Sequence record: OQ955832.1
DNA: 57,756 nt
DNA from: Escherichia phage vB_EcoS_PJ16
Direction: 5' to 3' (one strand)
The notes under the pieces: generated by a model
What the model saw: the letters and a program-made list of their open reading frames with translations, nothing else
The model's database searches: none
Told to the model about the DNA's origin: nothing
Program-made: the position numbers and the translations under genes
Part shown: piece by piece, positions 54,466 through 57,756 of the stretch
How the letters are laid out: every line of letters begins with the position of its first letter
How positions within the stretch are numbered: position 1 is the first letter of the stretch

Positions 54466-54632
54466 CTAAAATCTACATTACAAAATATGCATTAACAACT
54501 GGTGTTTTCAGTGTAGATGCTAAAATAAAATCAGATGGTACAAGTGCAACTTTCTACGACAAAAGAAACATACGACAGTTTGTTTATGGTAAAGATTTTT
54601 GGTTGACACCGGAAGAGGCTTTTATTGATTGA
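54462..54632 (+). CDS. Hypothetical small protein (56 aa)
   Basis: Not in track; ATGA-coupled. Confidence 0.35.
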   Translation: MTKIYITKYALTTGVFSVDAKIKSDGTSATFYDKRNIRQFVYGKDFWLTPEEAFID

Positions 54633-54721
54633 GAGCGTCGTCGAATAAACAAATTAAAATCTCTGGAGAAACAGAAACAAAAAATCGAAAGTTTAAACTT
54701 TCAAATTATTAAGGAACATTT

Positions 54722-54946
54722 ATGACTATCCGACTGATGAATCCAACCGTTGCCCGTGATATTAAACCGGGTGACAAGATTGAAGTATTTAACGAATGGT
54801 ACTGGGTACGTTATATCAATTACCACGGGGCAACACTTACGCTTCGCTTACAACCGGAAGATGAACCGCTATCACCATTTTTCGAAAACGACCGCGTTGT
54901 GGTGACAGTACCAGAAGATCTAATGATTGATGTCGAGGTGCGTTAA
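54722..54946 (+). CDS. Hypothetical protein (74 aa)
   Basis: Track ORF with AAGGA RBS. Confidence 0.45.
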   Translation: MTIRLMNPTVARDIKPGDKIEVFNEWYWVRYINYHGATLTLRLQPEDEPLSPFFENDRVVVTVPEDLMIDVEVR

Positions 54947-55270
54947 ATGACTGTATATGAAATGGAAGGTTTTCTTCGTGGTAAATGTGTTCCGGGTGAT
55001 CTGAAAGTTAACGAAACAAACGCTGAATATCTTGTCCGTAAGTTCGGTGAACTTGAAAATAAATGTGCGGCGCTGGCTGAGGAGAATGTTCGACTTAAGT
55101 CAGGTATAGCTGGCCTGATACATCTCGGTATTCGATACGCAGATGTTGATGTAATGAAAATTGCTGGAGATGCACAGCTTTCTACCCCATGCACTGATGA
55201 CATCATAAACAGCATTATCCAAAAAGAAACCAGTGATAAACGTGCACAAGCACAAAATGTTCCCTCGTAA
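54947..55270 (+). CDS. Hypothetical protein (107 aa)
   Basis: Track ORF. Confidence 0.45.
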   Translation: MTVYEMEGFLRGKCVPGDLKVNETNAEYLVRKFGELENKCAALAEENVRLKSGIAGLIHLGIRYADVDVMKIAGDAQLSTPCTDDIINSIIQKETSDKRAQAQNVPS

Positions 55271-55499
55271 CGGTTTGAAGTGGTCCGCACGAGATCTGGC
55301 GTTATTAAAAATTAATGCAGGAAAGATCAGTGCGGATGAAATAGCGTATTACCTTCGCCGGGACGTTGAAGCGGTACACATTAAAGCGTCACGTCTCGGT
55401 ATATCACTGGTAACCAATAAATGTAAACGTGGTCATGCGCGAGTTTACAAAAAAGGTAGATGGCGCTGTCCTGAGTGTAGAAAATTAAAAGGGTATTAA
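55257..55499 (+). CDS. Hypothetical zinc-finger protein
   Basis: Track ORF 55233-55499 trimmed to ATG; C-terminal CKRGH...CPEC. Confidence 0.4.
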   Translation: MFPRNGLKWSARDLALLKINAGKISADEIAYYLRRDVEAVHIKASRLGISLVTNKCKRGHARVYKKGRWRCPECRKLKGY

Positions 55500-55501
55500 A
55501 T

Positions 55502-56071
55502 ATGACACCTGAACAATTCGCAACAGCAGCACACGGTGATCAACTTCGTAAGTATACCAACGACCCATATGTGAACCACTGCCGGAACGTTGCTGAACTG
55601 GTTAAACGCTATGGTGGTACGCCGGATATGGTTACCGCTGCCTGGCTGCATGACGTCGTTGAAGATACGCCCGTGACCGTGGGTGATGTGTGTTCGCAGT
55701 TCGGTGAGACTGTGGCACGTTATGTTGATCAGCTTACTGATGTGAGTCGTCCACACCACGGCAACCGTGTTAAGCGTAAAGCACGGGACATCGACCATTT
55801 ATCACGGGCTGAACCTGTGGTGAAAACTATAAAACTGTGTGATCTGCTGGATAACACATCTTCAATTGACCGACACGATCCGAAGTTTGCTGTAACATAC
55901 CTGGCTGAAAAACAACTCATGCTTGCTCACCTGTCAGACGCCAGTAATCAGGAGTTATACGCGCTTGTTGAGCGTGAATTGTTTAAAGCCAAATACAAAC
56001 TAACGAACGTCCAGTTAACCGCGTTTGACAAACACTACGACGCACTGGTTAAAGCGATGGGGGAGTTGTGA
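55502..56071 (+). CDS. HD-domain phosphohydrolase, SpoT/RelA-hydrolase-like
   Basis: AAHGDQLRK, H-x3-VA and AAWLHDVVEDT match the (p)ppGpp-hydrolase HD signature. Confidence 0.65.
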   Translation: MTPEQFATAAHGDQLRKYTNDPYVNHCRNVAELVKRYGGTPDMVTAAWLHDVVEDTPVTVGDVCSQFGETVARYVDQLTDVSRPHHGNRVKRKARDIDHLSRAEPVVKTIKLCDLLDNTSSIDRHDPKFAVTYLAEKQLMLAHLSDASNQELYALVERELFKAKYKLTNVQLTAFDKHYDALVKAMGEL

Positions 56072-56295
56072 TTATGATTGCAGATCAACTACTGTGTAAA
56101 CTACGCGCGGACCTGATTAATAAAAAGTTTTGTCGTGATATAAACAAACCACTGGCATTTGTAAAAGTGCTCAACGTCTACAGAGCAGGTCGTGGTTTTA
56201 AGGTCATGTTCAGATACGGTGATGACGGTCCTGTCGTATATTGTGGTTACACCAATTTTTTGAAACGTTACCCGGAGGAACTAACACATGAATAA
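56068..56295 (+). CDS. Hypothetical protein (75 aa)
   Basis: Track ORF. Confidence 0.45.
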   Translation: MIMIADQLLCKLRADLINKKFCRDINKPLAFVKVLNVYRAGRGFKVMFRYGDDGPVVYCGYTNFLKRYPEELTHE

Positions 56296-56542
56296 AGCAT
56301 CACCTGTAGAAATACGCAAATGTCTTGAAATGGCAAACAGTCTTGCACATGCAGGGATTAGATTTGTCCCTGTACCGGTAACCAGTGATGATGAATTTAA
56401 TTCGCTGGTTTCTCATTCTTACGGGATACTGGACAAAATAGCAGACGATTGTGATACGACTAACCGCCAGTTCGAAAGCCTCAGCAACCACAAACATCAC
56501 TTCATCAACGGCACTTGCGTAGAGTGCCTGAAAAGTGAATAA
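56288..56542 (+). CDS. Hypothetical protein (84 aa)
   Basis: Track ORF; terminator follows. Confidence 0.45.
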   Translation: MNKASPVEIRKCLEMANSLAHAGIRFVPVPVTSDDEFNSLVSHSYGILDKIADDCDTTNRQFESLSNHKHHFINGTCVECLKSE

Positions 56543-56565
56543 CTACCCGTTCATATTAATTATCA

Positions 56566-56590
56566 GTGCGCTCTATGTGGCGCACGTTTT
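56566..56590 (+). terminator. Rho-independent terminator
   Basis: Stem gtgcgc/gcgcac then GTTTT. Confidence 0.55.
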
Positions 56591-56640
56591 CTATGAGGTG
56601 TACCGATGACTATAAGACGTGTTGTGTGTGCAGAAACTGA

Positions 56641-56672
56641 CTAAAAAGCGGGGCTAATTACCCCGCTATCTT
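56641..56672. terminator. Bidirectional terminator hairpin
   Basis: Stem agcgggg/ccccgct; T-run on minus strand side after the 56672-57475 gene. Confidence 0.6.
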
Positions 56673-57475
56673 TATTGACCCATCATATCTTTATACATCA
56701 TCAAAACAACATCATCCGGCATATTATCTACATCGCAATGCGGGTTATGTGATAACGCATACAGTCTGATTTTCTCCTTCAAATCGCTGACATCGACTAC
56801 AGGTGCTTCCACTCGTGTTACAGGTGCTTCCACTCGTGATACAGATGCTTCCACTCGTGCTACAGGTGGTTCCACTCGTGCTACAGGTGGTTCCACTCGT
56901 GCTACAGGTGGTTCACAAACCATCACGTTAAACGGTGTTCCGGTGCCTTCGTATTTTTCAAGCAAATCGACCATTACGTTTACACATTCCGGGATCCAGC
57001 CCCGGCGCAAACCATTCTGAATCCAACTGTCAGTAATTGTGTGTTCGTTTAAATTCCTGCGTAACACGTATCTTGCACATTCAAAATTACCGCACATCGC
57101 CTCAAACCGTGTCCACACGTCGTGACCGTGAACAGCTTCCAGGATCTGTGAATCAACGTATCTGACACGTTGCCAGTAGTTATTAGCAAAACGCCTGTGT
57201 GGTAATTTCTGACGCAGTTCGGTAACCGGTATTGTGTGTTTAAGAACAATGTTTTCGTCAGAATGTTGTACTGTCAAGGGTGACAGTGTGAAGTCAGTAA
57301 TCTCTTCAAGAATAATACTGATCGTTTCATATTTAGGATGAAACCTACCGCTTAACCATTGATTGTAACGACCAACAGTTACCTTAACACCTCGACGATT
57401 AAGGTATTCAACAGCATTTTGTACCCCGCCTTTTAAATCTATCAATTCGTCTAAAAGGTTCTTTTTCATTATCAC
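56672..57475 (-). CDS. Hypothetical protein with VEPPVAR heptad tandem repeats (267 aa)
   Basis: Strong RBS AGGAGGGG; 21-bp in-frame repeats near C-terminus. Confidence 0.55.
   Translation of the reverse strand: MIMKKNLLDELIDLKGGVQNAVEYLNRRGVKVTVGRYNQWLSGRFHPKYETISIILEEITDFTLSPLTVQHSDENIVLKHTIPVTELRQKLPHRRFANNYWQRVRYVDSQILEAVHGHDVWTRFEAMCGNFECARYVLRRNLNEHTITDSWIQNGLRRGWIPECVNVMVDLLEKYEGTGTPFNVMVCEPPVARVEPPVARVEPPVARVEASVSRVEAPVTRVEAPVVDVSDLKEKIRLYALSHNPHCDVDNMPDDVVLMMYKDMMGQ
56799..56916 (-). repeat. 21-bp tandem repeat, about 5.5 copies (in-frame)
   Basis: acaggtgcttccactcgtgtt and variants, read directly. Confidence 0.85.
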
Positions 57476-57756
57476 CCCTCCTTATTCAACCACGGGTAAA
57501 GCATAACTCGTGTTGGCAGCTAGTGCAAGATGTGCTTTATATGTTAGTGTATTTACACCTAATGCATGTTGTGCTTTAGCAGCTAGTGCAAGATGCACGT
57601 TGTGTATTAGCTGTTAGTGCACGTTGTGTATCTATGTTGGTACAGCTAATGCACGTTGTGAATTATATAGTGCATATAGTGCATTAAAGTTATACTTAAC
57701 ATAGATTTCGTCATGTTTATTTTTTGATCAACCCCTCATTATCTTTTTATAGATAA
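57476..57756. repeat. AT-rich non-coding repeat region (left half of hub A)
   Basis: Direct repeats GCACGTTGTG x3 plus variants, agctagtgcaagatg x2; 57700-57756 homologous to 17690-17760. Confidence 0.65.
57498..57530 (-). promoter_or_regulatory. Putative sigma70 promoter for 56672-57475 gene
   Basis: Minus strand TTGCAC-17 bp-TATGCT followed by leader ACCCGTGGTT similar to hub B promoters. Confidence 0.4.

Noticed and set aside
1-57756. Prophage in a bacterial chromosome, tRNA genes or integrase
   Set aside because: No tyrosine/serine recombinase, CI-like repressor or host housekeeping genes seen; no tRNA-like sequence recognised by eye. The window looks like a free phage genome. tRNA absence would need a tRNAscan-type search to confirm.

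Overview
This window reads as a complete or near-complete genome of a tailed dsDNA phage (siphovirus-like, lambda-type tail-tip genes) infecting an enterobacterium. The host assignment is inference, from sigma70-type promoters, SD usage and an RdgC protein closely resembling my recollection of E. coli RdgC. No integrase or repressor was recognised, so it is probably virulent. Layout: AT-rich repeat hub spanning the window junction; TerS (324-959); a leftward early operon of ATGA-coupled small genes including RdgC (1075-4474); TerL (4742-6505); a Gly-rich/His-rich/Cys-rich cassette of unknown function (6667-8714); portal; a leftward accessory cassette with dUTPase; head genes (15284-21820); a 750-bp ORF-free structured region (21821-22573); tail genes with a programmed -1 frameshift chaperone, tape measure and lambda-like tip genes (22574-34001); a convergent beta-helix tailspike; a lysis cassette (36064-37484); a leftward replication operon (family-B DNA polymerase, DUF2800 nuclease, SSB-like, Dam methylase, TARG1/DarG-like macrodomain); and a rightward early region (intein-containing DEAH helicase, VRR-NUC, primase-helicase, C5-methyltransferase-like, SLOG, ParB-like nuclease, SpoT-like HD hydrolase). 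At least 13 copies of one conserved promoter element are scattered across the genome. Most interesting candidates: the DarG-like macrodomain as a possible counter-defence gene, the MTase-like/SLOG/ParB cluster, the duplicated AT-rich hubs with divergent promoters, the ORF-free structured region, and the intein in the helicase P-loop. All product calls are from motif recognition by eye; no searches were run.
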